Below are positions 39,124 through 49,381 of a stretch of 64,000 nucleotides of DNA, one piece after another; the first letter of the stretch is position 1, and each line of letters starts with the position of its first letter. This stretch comes from Oligoflexales bacterium (GTDB taxonomy: Bacteria; Bdellovibrionota_B; Oligoflexia; Oligoflexales; Bog-1112): NCBI GenBank assembly GCA_045106415.1, contig JBGCEP010000028.1, positions 48,042 to 112,041 on the forward strand. The letters are read 5' to 3'. Below the pieces are notes generated by a model. It searched no databases. It saw only the letters and a list, made by a program, of their open reading frames with translations, and had not been told where the DNA came from. The position numbers and the translations under genes were made by a program.

Positions 39124-39777
39124 TTATGTAAGCCACACGGCAACTTGTTTAGAAATAACAGCAGCATTTGCCATACGACGTTTAATCATTTTATTAAATA
39201 TGTTGAATGCAATCACAGCAGGAATCGCAACCATAAGCCCAATCGCAGTTGCTACAAGCGCTTCAGAAATACCAGCCATAACTACAGAAGGTCCTCCTTC
39301 AGGGTTTGCAGCCAAATCATTAAAGGCAGCAATAATACCAATCACAGTTCCAAACAAACCAATAAAGGGAGCATTATTTCCAAGAGTCCCTAAAACCATA
39401 AGTCCTTTATCAAACTCTTGCCTACCTTGGACTGCTCGACCATCCATCACACCTTCTCTCACAAGAGCTGTTTGTTCTCTTTGTTCAAGACCTTGCAGTG
39501 CAACTTGAGCTTCAAAAATATGGCTGTTTTTGCAAAAATTCGTCGCTGCTTCAAAATCTTTTTTCTCCAGATAGCCTAACAACTCTTTTTTCATTTCTTC
39601 AAAATCAACTCTTTGATTCCAGAAGTACCAAATTCTTTCAAAGGTAATTGCAACAGATAAAACGCTCAAAAAAAGAAGCAACCATAGAATCCATTCTGTA
39701 CCCAACAGCATAAAACCTAAAAGCTCTTCGACAATATCAAAACCTTGATTTTGCTCTGCCAACATCACTAACCTCAA
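39124..39777 (-). CDS. exbB: MotA/TolQ/ExbB proton channel protein
   Basis: APFIGLFGTVIGII, GISEALVATAIGL, AIPAVIAFN. Confidence 0.9.
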   Translation of the reverse strand: MRLVMLAEQNQGFDIVEELLGFMLLGTEWILWLLLFLSVLSVAITFERIWYFWNQRVDFEEMKKELLGYLEKKDFEAATNFCKNSHIFEAQVALQGLEQREQTALVREGVMDGRAVQGRQEFDKGLMVLGTLGNNAPFIGLFGTVIGIIAAFNDLAANPEGGPSVVMAGISEALVATAIGLMVAIPAVIAFNIFNKMIKRRMANAAVISKQVAVWLT

Positions 39778-40419
39778 TTAAAATAAGTTGAAAAAACCTC
39801 TGCGCCGAAAACCACTCATAAACCCATTAAAGGTATATGTCACAGACACTCCTACTTGATCTATACTTCGGTGATCTTCCCCTTCTTGTTGAGAAGCAAT
39901 ATTTTCCTCTGTGTCTTTCGAACTTAAAAGACCATGCATCATTTCAAAGCTCACCTGCCAATAATTTTTCTTATCTACTCGATGAATCGATCCTAAAACA
40001 ATTCCTCCAACAGGCCCTTCCCAGCGACCGTCAAGTTCATTTTCACTTGCTTTAAGTACGGACTGATACAAAGAAGAACCTCCTAAAAAAGCAACATAAA
40101 CGGATTCTGAGATTCTCACTCCTAACTGAGCTCCATAGCCAGCATAATACGCATTTTCTTTTCCTGGGTGGAAAGCTTTCGTTCCGCCTGGTGTATAAAA
40201 TCCGAACCCACCAAGATCAAAAACCTGCATAAAAGAATACCCAAGCATCACTGAGGGTCCAACACCAATATAATTTGGAGTACTTTCGTTTTGGAGAGGT
40301 TGAAATGCAAAAGTACGCACACCCACTCCTGTATTTGCAAGGACACCGGAAAAAGATTTCATAGAAAAAAATGCGGACCACAGCAAACTCAATAATCGAA
40401 AAATAAATTCTTTTCGCAT
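39778..40419 (-). CDS. Hypothetical exported protein, outer-membrane beta-barrel-like
   Basis: Signal peptide; alternating Gly/aromatic strands, VSVTYTF near the C-terminus. Confidence 0.5.
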   Translation of the reverse strand: MRKEFIFRLLSLLWSAFFSMKSFSGVLANTGVGVRTFAFQPLQNESTPNYIGVGPSVMLGYSFMQVFDLGGFGFYTPGGTKAFHPGKENAYYAGYGAQLGVRISESVYVAFLGGSSLYQSVLKASENELDGRWEGPVGGIVLGSIHRVDKKNYWQVSFEMMHGLLSSKDTEENIASQQEGEDHRSIDQVGVSVTYTFNGFMSGFRRRGFFNLF

Positions 40420-40422
40420 ATA

Positions 40423-40866
40423 CTAAAGGCTTTCATTCACAAGTTCATGCACAGTGTTTCTGATATAAAGCCTAAAACTCATAGAAGATCCACCATCGGT
40501 AGAAGAGGATACTCTTGGACTTGCTAGTGCGTGCTCTGGAACCTGCAAAACAACTCTTTCAATCGCCTCACCCCTTCTTATGAAAAGATCTTGTCCTCGA
40601 ATTCTTTCACAAAAAGAGACAACCCACCCTCTACCAGAACGCTCAAACAATTTTCCTATACCTCCCGGAGGTTGTATAAAAAAATACCGACATTTTGCCG
40701 GTAAAGTGCCATACTCTTTAAGCAATGCCAGCTGTCCAAATTGGTTGTTTTTTCTATCGATTTCTCTATAAACAACACGGCGTAATTGTTCAAAACACTC
40801 ATCTATCACCATTGGATCACTTAAAAGACCATGATGTGTATTTTGTCCCTGTTGCAGTTCTTGCAT
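40423..40866 (-). CDS. Hypothetical protein
   Basis: 147-aa ORF with GAGG RBS, first gene of the minus-strand run. Confidence 0.6.
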   Translation of the reverse strand: MQELQQGQNTHHGLLSDPMVIDECFEQLRRVVYREIDRKNNQFGQLALLKEYGTLPAKCRYFFIQPPGGIGKLFERSGRGWVVSFCERIRGQDLFIRRGEAIERVVLQVPEHALASPRVSSSTDGGSSMSFRLYIRNTVHELVNESL

Positions 40867-40957
40867 GTCACGCCTCTAAAATATAGAACACGAGATCATT
40901 ATAAAATGGGTATTTTAGAAGAAGATAGGTATTGAGATTGCCTAGTTTTAGAGAGAG

Positions 40958-41034
40958 TGGAGCGGGTAACGGGATTCGAACCCGTGACCTTCGCGATGGC
41001 AACGCGACGCTCTAGCCAGCTGAGCTACACCCGC
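40958..41034 (-). tRNA. tRNA-Gly (GCC)
   Basis: GCGGGTGTAGCTCAGCTGGCTAGAGCG TCGCG-TTGCCAT-CGCGA AGGTCACGGGTTCGAATCCCGTTACCCGCTCCA; full cloverleaf with CCA. Confidence 0.97.
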
Positions 41035-41047
41035 AGACACAGACAGT

Positions 41048-41076
41048 GTTATATGGATTAAACACCTCAAGGTCAA
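41048..41076 (-). promoter_or_regulatory. sigma70 promoter of the tRNA (TTGACC-N17-TATAAC)
   Basis: Near-consensus hexamers, 17-bp spacer. Confidence 0.8.
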
Positions 41077-41142
41077 GTACTTGTTAAAAAAAAATGCTAT
41101 TCCTATCTTTTTTCATTCCCAAAAGCCTGCACGAAAACAATC

Positions 41143-41601
41143 TTGACTCGAACTCTAACTTCCCTTAACCTTCAGAAAATTTTAAAAAACCAGAGGATTT
41201 TTATGAAAACACACATCATTACAACTTATCTTACTCTTTCTTTGTCAGGACTTGCCACAGCGTCCCCTTCCCAGAATTTTCCGCTACAATCAACACCAAG
41301 AACTCCAACAGCTCCTTACTCATTAGAGTCTCAAGACACACAAGATGATATACACCTTCCTGAGTCCAACGCTTCTTACAGCAGAGACTGCCTATTATCT
41401 GCTGGTGCTGTTGCTATTCTTAGTACGACTCTTGTTCTAGGTGGCGTGTTATATGCCAGTTGTGATGATAGTACGCGAAGAGGCTGTGACACAATTGAAG
41501 ACATTGGTGAAATTATGATGATTACAAGTGGTTCTTTATTAGGTGGAGCAGCAATACTTGCTGGTGGACTGAAAATTTATAGAGAATCAAAAAGACGTTA
41601 A
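41143..41601 (+). CDS. Hypothetical exported/membrane protein with Gly-rich C-terminal helical hairpin; likely start 41203
   Basis: GAGGA RBS; signal peptide; two hydrophobic segments. Confidence 0.6.
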   Translation: MTRTLTSLNLQKILKNQRIFMKTHIITTYLTLSLSGLATASPSQNFPLQSTPRTPTAPYSLESQDTQDDIHLPESNASYSRDCLLSAGAVAILSTTLVLGGVLYASCDDSTRRGCDTIEDIGEIMMITSGSLLGGAAILAGGLKIYRESKRR

Positions 41602-41605
41602 AAAT

Positions 41606-41637
41606 TTGGAGTTTCTTATCAAAAGAAGAAACTCCAA
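41606..41637. terminator. Hairpin between convergent genes (probable bidirectional terminator)
   Basis: 12-bp stem TTGGAGTTTCTT/AAGAAACTCCAA. Confidence 0.7.
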
Positions 41638-41642
41638 CCAAA

Positions 41643-42032
41643 CTACAAGAGCTTTTCTTTCCACTCATCTTCACGAAAACCCACTAAAGAAACTTCTCCT
41701 ATGACCAAAGGCCTTTTGATGAGCTTGCCATGTTGTGACAAAAGCTTAAGAGCTTCCTCCTCATTCATTGCAGGTAACTTGGCCTTCAACTCAAGATTTC
41801 TATAGACCTCTCCTGAAGTATTAAAAAGTTTTTTGACTTGCCCATCGACTCCATTTTTTAAAGCCGCCTGAAGCTCCAATAAACTTGGAGGATTTGTGAC
41901 AATGCCCACTTCTTCATATGCAACTTCATGATGATTCAAAAACTTAATAGCCTTCTTGCAAGTGGTACACCCTCGATATAAATAGACTTTTAGCATAACT
42001 GGACTCCAAAAAAATCGATACAAAACGCACAA
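41643..42032 (-). CDS. ArsC/Spx/YffB family protein; likely start 41996
   Basis: CTTCKKA, LFNTSGEVYR, LIKRP, VGF. Confidence 0.88.
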   Translation of the reverse strand: MCVLYRFFWSPVMLKVYLYRGCTTCKKAIKFLNHHEVAYEEVGIVTNPPSLLELQAALKNGVDGQVKKLFNTSGEVYRNLELKAKLPAMNEEEALKLLSQHGKLIKRPLVIGEVSLVGFREDEWKEKLL

Positions 42033-42059
42033 ATATTATTCGCTGATCAAACAATACAT

Positions 42060-43007
42060 ATGCTATATAGACAAGATAGTTTAAGAAGGCTAACCAAAAT
42101 CGGAGATTTTATGCACAAAACACTGATTTTATTCACCGTGTTTCTCTGTTTACTGGTCAAGACAGCTTGTTGTAATCCCGAGCCTTATAAAAAGCTCACT
42201 GCAGCTACCGACCTTTCTACGAACCCCCACGTCCAGTGCCTTTGGATGCCTTCTAAAAATGCAAAATCATCTGTCCTCATTGCACACGGCTTTAATGTTC
42301 GACCAGAAAAAATGTCAGGGCTTATTGATTATTACCACAACCAGGGAGCCGACGTTCTTCTTTCCATCCTTGAAGGTCACCATAAAAAATCCTTTGATAT
42401 TCAGAACTTATCTGGAACTTGGTATGAGCAAATAGAGCATTGCGCCTTCCAAATGAAAAAAGAAAAACCACACTCCTCTTTAACTTTTGTTGGTTTTTCT
42501 CTCGGGGGCCTTTTAGGTGCTCGCCTAGCTCAAGAACATCACCATCTTTTCCATAATATGGAGCTCTTAGCGCCAGCAATTGCTATCCGTCAACTCCCCA
42601 AACTCGCAAAATATATGTGGGAAAGCTTTCATTTCCCCACTTTCGGAGAGTTTGGTTACACAATTCACAGCTCGATAGCAGCTCGAAGCTATCACACAAT
42701 TCTGAACCTCCAGGATGAATTTTTAGGTAACCTTCAAAAACTTGAACACTCTGAAACACATATTCAAATTTATCTTCATCCAAGTGACCCTCTGATTAGC
42801 TGGAGTAAAATCAACACACTCATAAAACAACCAGGCCTAGCTCACTGGGAGGTCTACGACATCCGAAAATTAGGTCACAAAAAAATATCAACAAAATCAA
42901 TAATTAAACACATGATTATTGATGAAAAAACTCTTGGAGAAGAAAACTGGGGGTACTTAAAAAGAAAATTCCAAACGCATTTACTAAGAAGCCAAAGCTC
43001 TTTATGA
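42060..43007 (+). CDS. Exported alpha/beta hydrolase; likely start 42111
   Basis: AHGFN, GFSLGG nucleophile elbow, LLAPA, candidate Asp/His. Confidence 0.8.
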   Translation: MLYRQDSLRRLTKIGDFMHKTLILFTVFLCLLVKTACCNPEPYKKLTAATDLSTNPHVQCLWMPSKNAKSSVLIAHGFNVRPEKMSGLIDYYHNQGADVLLSILEGHHKKSFDIQNLSGTWYEQIEHCAFQMKKEKPHSSLTFVGFSLGGLLGARLAQEHHHLFHNMELLAPAIAIRQLPKLAKYMWESFHFPTFGEFGYTIHSSIAARSYHTILNLQDEFLGNLQKLEHSETHIQIYLHPSDPLISWSKINTLIKQPGLAHWEVYDIRKLGHKKISTKSIIKHMIIDEKTLGEENWGYLKRKFQTHLLRSQSSL

Positions 43008-43141
43008 AGCTACTTCTTTCTACTTTTAGCAAGCTAACATCTTGTAATAAAAAGAAAAACAAAAAAATAAACAAAAATATTGTTAAATACTTACGACCTA
43101 GCTATTATTTGTTATCCCTTTAAATATGACACGGAGTTTTC

Positions 43142-44224
43142 TTGAAGTATTCGATGGTTTTAATGAGTCTCATATTGTCTTATTCTTCATTATCAGCAAA
43201 CTCTCTAAGAGAGCTGAAGTCTCAAACAAAAGAGCACTTAAAAGACTTTTGCTCTCAAATTGGCCCATCTCAAATGATTGACCTGGGAAGCGGGGCTGCT
43301 CCTCAACTTGCTCGACCACTCCATTTTTTCATCAAGCCTCACGCGCAGTACCAATGGCATGAAAAAATGACTCTCTCCGGCTCTGAAATTTTAAAACTCG
43401 CTGCGTCAACAAAACGCGACAACCGCTTATATAATGAGACTCAAGAAGAGGGAGATATCATAATCAGCGGCCAAATATACATTACACATAATGACAATGG
43501 ACAACCAGTTGAGAAAACGCGCTATCCAATTACACAAATTTCTATTGCTGGAATTAATCTAGCATACAGCACAGACAATTTTATTAATTTCAACGGGCAG
43601 CGTTATAATCTAACAAACGATGTTGATGGATATCAGTATTCAACTACAAGTAAAGGTTTCACCGCTGCTTCTATTAAAAAATATAAAGAACAAATGCTAA
43701 AAAAATGGACTGCTATTCTTGATGTTTTTCAAGAGAATAAAGTTGAAGTAGCAGTCTTACCAGCCATAGGACTGGGTGCTTTTTTACCATATGGATTTGG
43801 AGCAAATCAACTCCGCCAAGCTTCTATTGAAGCTTTAAATATCTCATTAGACAATAGAAAATTTAAAAAAGTTATACTCTCTATCCCTAAGTTTGACAGC
43901 GATAACTACAGTGCTTTCAGCACAAATAATATCGGCTCATATGAGATATGCCGAATAAGTATGTTTGATATAGCTCATAGTTACGCACAAAAGAAAAAAG
44001 TTGGAATTGTAAACCCTTCTGACAAAGAGGCTCTTGTTACAGGAAATTTAGGTCAATACTGGGCTTTAGATTCTGATATTGCTTTAGAGGAAATTTTTCC
44101 ATACCTCACAACTATTCTTCTCAATAATACTTTTTACACGCAACAAAAAATCAATATTCAAGTCCCTTACGAACCCCTCTCCATGAAATTAAAAAAATCT
44201 ATGAAATTTATTTTTCCTCAATAA
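43142..44224 (+). CDS. Secreted hypothetical protein with macrodomain-like motif
   Basis: Signal peptide; VAVLPAIGLGAF resembles the macro/PARG GxGxF loop; ALEE motif. Confidence 0.45.
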   Translation: MKYSMVLMSLILSYSSLSANSLRELKSQTKEHLKDFCSQIGPSQMIDLGSGAAPQLARPLHFFIKPHAQYQWHEKMTLSGSEILKLAASTKRDNRLYNETQEEGDIIISGQIYITHNDNGQPVEKTRYPITQISIAGINLAYSTDNFINFNGQRYNLTNDVDGYQYSTTSKGFTAASIKKYKEQMLKKWTAILDVFQENKVEVAVLPAIGLGAFLPYGFGANQLRQASIEALNISLDNRKFKKVILSIPKFDSDNYSAFSTNNIGSYEICRISMFDIAHSYAQKKKVGIVNPSDKEALVTGNLGQYWALDSDIALEEIFPYLTTILLNNTFYTQQKINIQVPYEPLSMKLKKSMKFIFPQ

Positions 44225-46137
44225 CTATAGATCTCACTCGCAAATTCTTTTCGATCATTTGCAGAGTGAGTTAAAATATTATTCATAGCGTTCATAAGTT
44301 TATTATGAACAAATACACTTCCTCCAAAATCAATTTGAGTCTGCGCTAACTCATCTATCTTTTTTCCAAATCTTTTAGGAAGCTCTCCACCAATTGCTTG
44401 TACAAAATCACGAGAACCAAAAGCATTTACATAATAAGAGAGCAGTTTCACATCACTCAATTTATAATCATCACGTATAGGACGCCCTAAAGAAACAAAT
44501 TCTCCTTTTGTAGAAAAATTTTCTTGACCGGACAATTCTTTAGTTTTATTCAAAGCATCAATCACAATATTAGCTCCATGAGAATGAGCTACAAGATTCA
44601 CTTCAAAACCCTTTTCTCTAAGGCTCACAATCTCTTTAGATAATTTAGTTCCCGATTCCCTTCTATATTTATCAGAAAAATTTCCTGACCACTGAAAACT
44701 TACAACGTCTCCTCCGTAGTGCTTTTTTAAGTTTTTCGCAATACTAGAATCAGGGTTGGCCCATCCACGAGAGCTTTTAATGTGATCCCCACTCAATGCA
44801 TTTTGATACACATCAGTTGCAACGTTGCCACCACCATACCCTGTTCCATGGACAATAATTGTAATGGGTTTTTTTTGACCTAACCGCCCAGCGCTTTCAA
44901 GTACATTTGAAGATGAGGAATAAATCATTCTTCCTGCGCCTGTATAGTTTTCTAAGCCTTTTGTTTTTGTATAATGAAAAACAGGAAATCCTCCTATTTT
45001 CAATGATTTTTTCAATCCGACTTCTGCAACAACATAGAGAATATCATTGTTGTTATCTTTTTGATTATTTTGACTATAAAGATCTTCATATGATTTTAAG
45101 ATCTCCACACTTGCATCAAGACCTTCTCTTGCAGAGATTTCCTCAAGAATTGCTTTCCGCCTGCTTTCAGCATCTTTCGTCGAAAAAATTTGATCATTCA
45201 AATGATCTATATTTTCATGTTTTTTTTGAATATCAGACCTCAATGATCCTGGACCAATTTCAAGTTCTACTTTTCTATCTATAGAGTCTCGAGAGATAGA
45301 ACTATCAGATGATCCTGAAGAAGACCTAGACCGAGGAGATGAATTTAAAGAAACTCTGTTTAAACTAAGTTGGTTCAATGAGTCTTGAAACGATTCTGAA
45401 AAAAACAAACCTATTTCAGGCAAATCTTTATTTAATAAGTCCCGAGATTTTTTCGAACAAAAGTACTCTGTAAAGACTAAAGGATAGATATCAAATCCGC
45501 TCTCAACAATAACTTCTTTATGAAAAATCTCAGAAGAAATTTCAGCTAAGAATAAAATGACATCTGATAGATATGGGCCAAATACATATTTATTTTCTTC
45601 CTCTATATTTTCATCAGTGCCTTCTTCAAAATCTTCTAATCTTTCAACATGAAGAGTAGCTATCACATTTAAGATACCCCGTTGAAAAAGAGGGGTGAAT
45701 TCTAGTTGATTTTTTTTCAAGTAAGGAACGACGACATGAACGCTACCTTGTTGACCAGATTCCAGACATGCAAAAATAGAAAAAGGACACCGTTCATAAA
45801 AACGATCAGAAACATTTATCTTCCCACCTATTTTCGACCATTGGTCCAAAACGACCTGAGGGACACTCTCTAAAGCTTCTCTCACAGCTGTTTCTGTCGC
45901 TAAAACATCATACTGGTGATTCAGAGACAATATAGGATCTTCTACGATGAATTTTTCATTAAAAATAGAGTTTTTTAAATGACACAATAGTGTCGAATCA
46001 TCTAATAATTGGGCATTTAAACTCTCGTTTTTCTGATCCACATTATTGATGGTGGATGACTCCTTTTGACAACTCATCAAACCAACAAAAATGAAAACAC
46101 AATGAAATATATATTTCATAGCTACCTCACATGACAT
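44218..46137 (-). CDS. Lipoprotein: ATLF-like N-terminal domain plus C-terminal lipase-type alpha/beta hydrolase; likely start 46119
   Basis: Lipobox LMSC; ESVPQVVLDQWSKIGGKINV; VHGT, FQWSG, AHSHG; paralog of 62085. Confidence 0.72.
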   Translation of the reverse strand: MSCEVAMKYIFHCVFIFVGLMSCQKESSTINNVDQKNESLNAQLLDDSTLLCHLKNSIFNEKFIVEDPILSLNHQYDVLATETAVREALESVPQVVLDQWSKIGGKINVSDRFYERCPFSIFACLESGQQGSVHVVVPYLKKNQLEFTPLFQRGILNVIATLHVERLEDFEEGTDENIEEENKYVFGPYLSDVILFLAEISSEIFHKEVIVESGFDIYPLVFTEYFCSKKSRDLLNKDLPEIGLFFSESFQDSLNQLSLNRVSLNSSPRSRSSSGSSDSSISRDSIDRKVELEIGPGSLRSDIQKKHENIDHLNDQIFSTKDAESRRKAILEEISAREGLDASVEILKSYEDLYSQNNQKDNNNDILYVVAEVGLKKSLKIGGFPVFHYTKTKGLENYTGAGRMIYSSSSNVLESAGRLGQKKPITIIVHGTGYGGGNVATDVYQNALSGDHIKSSRGWANPDSSIAKNLKKHYGGDVVSFQWSGNFSDKYRRESGTKLSKEIVSLREKGFEVNLVAHSHGANIVIDALNKTKELSGQENFSTKGEFVSLGRPIRDDYKLSDVKLLSYYVNAFGSRDFVQAIGGELPKRFGKKIDELAQTQIDFGGSVFVHNKLMNAMNNILTHSANDRKEFASEIYSY

Positions 46138-46349
46138 GCTCTCTTTATCGGGTATGATACTTCACAAAATATAGGCAGTTATAGGCCAGTACAGATAAGT
46201 CTCAGATATTCATCTGGTTATTCACTAAGCAGTCATGATATTCTTTTATCGCTTTACCCATTAGCTGAAATCAAGAATAATAAAATACTGATATTAGCTA
46301 TCTTACAGCAAAGATAAAAATATGTTGAGTCAATACAAAAAGGAAAATA

Positions 46350-47123
46350 ATGCACTCACAATTGCGCATAGTCTCTCTTGTCCCTAGTATTACTGAAACT
46401 CTTGTATATCTTGGCCATATATCTAACCTTGTTGGCTGCACTCATTTCTGCACGCAACCTCAAAGAGGACTTTCACATATTCCAAAAATTGGTGGAACTA
46501 AAAATCCTAATATAGAAAAAATTAAAAACCTAAATCCAACACACATTATCATGAACAAAGAAGAAAATAGACTTGAAGATTATCATGCTTTTAAAAATTG
46601 CGCAGAAATTATAACAACACATCCAAAAAGTCCGAGTGATGTTCCAGACATGCTTTATCGCTTATCTCTTTTATTCCCTGACACACAGCCTTTTCAAAAG
46701 CTTTCATTGGATATCCAACAAGAATTATCAACATTTAAAGAATCAAAAAGAAATGAAAAAAGCTTATATTTCATCTGGAAAAACCCATGGATGCTGGCAG
46801 GGCCAGATACTTATATTGGAAGTTTTTTAGAGAAAGTACATCAACAACTTTATCCAACACAAAGCAATACTCAGTATCCAAGCTACCAACTTGAAGATCT
46901 TCTTCAATGGGATATTGAAAATATTTTCTTATCTTCTGAACCCTGGCCTTTTAGAAAAAGAGAAATGATACACTTCAAAAAATTTATAGATAAAGGCACG
47001 AAGATTTTTCATATCAATGGAATTCTTTCCTCTTGGCATGGTATTTCAACACTAAAAGGTCTACGTGAAATTAAAAAATGGGAACGACAGGAAAAAAACA
47101 CATGTATTCAAAAATGGTCTTAA
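46350..47123 (+). CDS. Helical-backbone metal receptor (BtuF-like) protein
   Basis: RIVSLVPSITETL, VGCTHFC, IGGTKNP, KEEN, LSSEPWPF. Confidence 0.85.
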   Translation: MHSQLRIVSLVPSITETLVYLGHISNLVGCTHFCTQPQRGLSHIPKIGGTKNPNIEKIKNLNPTHIIMNKEENRLEDYHAFKNCAEIITTHPKSPSDVPDMLYRLSLLFPDTQPFQKLSLDIQQELSTFKESKRNEKSLYFIWKNPWMLAGPDTYIGSFLEKVHQQLYPTQSNTQYPSYQLEDLLQWDIENIFLSSEPWPFRKREMIHFKKFIDKGTKIFHINGILSSWHGISTLKGLREIKKWERQEKNTCIQKWS

Positions 47124-47124
47124 A

Positions 47125-49380
47125 TCACACATTTTGATGCGATAATTGATCCCATTTTCTAACGATCACTTCAAGTGGCAAAAAACACAGTAGCATCCAT
47201 ATCCAGCTCACCCTAAAAAACCAATATGGATCTGTATGTTTTTCATATTCAACATTATTTTTTATAGTTGCTAAATGGGAATGATCCATAACCCAATTAG
47301 TTAATACTTTTGCATTAAAGTTTTCAAGAAAGCGCCCTTCAGCTCTTGTTAAATCCACAAGTTGTTGAATTTTAGAATGAGAAACACCAACTAAATCATC
47401 TGATAATTTTTCTGGAAAAACACCTGTCATCGAAGCCTTCGTTGAACCAAAAGCTTCATGTTGACCTCGAATATCAACTTTGCAGCGATCTCCTCCTTGC
47501 ATATATAAAGAAAGATCACCGCTCACTCTTTTTTCATTCATGCTTATATTTTCGATATGAGATTTATTTAAATCAATCTGAACTCCACATACCATCATAT
47601 TCCATTTATCATTTGCTTGAAAATAACGTGACGCAGGCCCCCTAAGCAATACACTCCACAGAACCCCTTTGTGAGTCTTTTCTAATGCAATGTCTGATAT
47701 CACTATAGGCTGGCTCATTTCTTCCCGTAGTAGCCATTTGAGTGCACTGTTCATAAATTTAGAATAGGCCGTTCTTGACACTTGAGGTTGGTTTGTTGCC
47801 ATCCTCCACATCGAATCCGAAAAAATCCACAAAGCTCTTCCCTTTCCAGGATAAGAAGCAACTGCTAAAGGAGATTCTCCTTGAGGGGTTATAGCTTTCA
47901 ACAATGGAGTATATTCTCCATCTCGAAATTTCACTTGCTCCATGTGATGCAAACCTTTGCCTGTATCAAAATTTTGGAGTGAAGAAGATATGTTTTCCCA
48001 GGATGAATAGACATCAGCTAAAGATCTTTGATCCGCTGTTGGGTTTGAGAACCCCACCTTAAAGTTTTGTTTACTATCATACCAAGGCCCATGTTCCTCT
48101 CCTTCAACTGTAAAATCATCTTGAGAAGAAGTCATACGAGATGATTCAAATGGCAAAATTTCTCTTAGAGGAGAATCATATAAATCTCCATCAATAAGTG
48201 ATCGATCTCCACCCAGGAATAAAAGACCACCACCATTCTTCACAAAATCAACTAAGTTTTGTTGATATTCTGGCAATAAAAATTGAAGCAAACTAAAGTT
48301 CTGTAGCACAATGACACGAAAATTTGGTAGCTCTTCATTAAAAAGCCTAGAAACAGGAAAAGGAATCAAACTCAACTCACGCTCATTCACTTGCTGACTA
48401 TCCCAAGGGTCCCTGAGAATGAAAAAACTAATAAGGTCATATTTCGGCTCAGACTTAAAATATCGACGCAAATAGCGGCCATCCCAACTTGGTGCTCCTA
48501 ATAAATGAAGAATACCGACTGTATTTGGCATAACTTCAACACTATGGTGAACGACATTATCCCAAAGAACTTTTTCCCCAGACGTTGGTAAAACTTCAAC
48601 ATTAATCAAATGTTGACCTCTTGAAAGCGGAGGGGATTCCAACTCTAAAGTCATTTCTTTTTGCCCTAAAGGAAAAACAATATTTTTAGTTAAAAGTCTT
48701 TTCTCTTCTACTTCGACTGATATCTGTAATTTTTGTTTTATATCTCCAGACGATCTTTTTAAGACTAAAGAAAATGGTATATTCTGTCCTTCAAATGCAA
48801 AAGGAGGCATATTCAAATTTTCTAATGTAACATTTTTATCTTTTTTATGATTTGGATATAAAATAAGTCCTTTAGACATTTTACCATTATGCCCAACACC
48901 TAAAAGAGCCGAATCCCAAGGTAATGTAGGTTGAGCATCTCCTCCATCAGTCATCAGAATCCATGGATCAGCACCAATTTGAAAAAACCACGATTCTAAT
49001 CCTTGATTTAAAAGTGTAAAATTTGATTGATCATTTGATTGAGTGAGCTGTGAAAGATATTGAACATCAAGCTTACATCCTAAAGAACGACATTCTTTTT
49101 CAATTTTTCTTTTTATTTCTGAGATATTATTGCGATAACTATGCATGCTTTTTGAATCATCGACAAGAATTTGAATAAGCTGATGATGAAAAGTTTTAGA
49201 TTTTTTTCTCATTTCAGTTTGTGGGAATAAAGCCATAATGAGAGGTGACATCCAAATAATCCGGCACAATAAGGCTAAACTTCCTCTTATAAAGCTATAC
49301 CTAAGAATCCATACAAACCACAAAAATAGAGCTATTAAAAAAGAGGCTAATAAAATATTTTCTTTTGTTACCCAATCCAA
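47125..49380 (-). CDS. Membrane protein with VWA-like and GATase1-like domains (MoxR partner)
   Basis: DDSKSM MIDAS, TDG; LISFFILR, ELSLIPFP, FVKNGGGLLFLGG. Confidence 0.8.
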   Translation of the reverse strand: MDWVTKENILLASFLIALFLWFVWILRYSFIRGSLALLCRIIWMSPLIMALFPQTEMRKKSKTFHHQLIQILVDDSKSMHSYRNNISEIKRKIEKECRSLGCKLDVQYLSQLTQSNDQSNFTLLNQGLESWFFQIGADPWILMTDGGDAQPTLPWDSALLGVGHNGKMSKGLILYPNHKKDKNVTLENLNMPPFAFEGQNIPFSLVLKRSSGDIKQKLQISVEVEEKRLLTKNIVFPLGQKEMTLELESPPLSRGQHLINVEVLPTSGEKVLWDNVVHHSVEVMPNTVGILHLLGAPSWDGRYLRRYFKSEPKYDLISFFILRDPWDSQQVNERELSLIPFPVSRLFNEELPNFRVIVLQNFSLLQFLLPEYQQNLVDFVKNGGGLLFLGGDRSLIDGDLYDSPLREILPFESSRMTSSQDDFTVEGEEHGPWYDSKQNFKVGFSNPTADQRSLADVYSSWENISSSLQNFDTGKGLHHMEQVKFRDGEYTPLLKAITPQGESPLAVASYPGKGRALWIFSDSMWRMATNQPQVSRTAYSKFMNSALKWLLREEMSQPIVISDIALEKTHKGVLWSVLLRGPASRYFQANDKWNMMVCGVQIDLNKSHIENISMNEKRVSGDLSLYMQGGDRCKVDIRGQHEAFGSTKASMTGVFPEKLSDDLVGVSHSKIQQLVDLTRAEGRFLENFNAKVLTNWVMDHSHLATIKNNVEYEKHTDPYWFFRVSWIWMLLCFLPLEVIVRKWDQLSHQNV

Positions 49381-49381
49381 T

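Noticed and set aside
40958..46137. Genomic island integrated at tRNA-Gly
   Set aside because: No integrase or duplicated tRNA 3' end found; the orphan genes lie on the 5' side of the tRNA
46140..46349. Cobalamin riboswitch upstream of the BtuF-like gene
   Set aside because: No recognisable B12-box or conserved GGGAA core; the region is AT-rich
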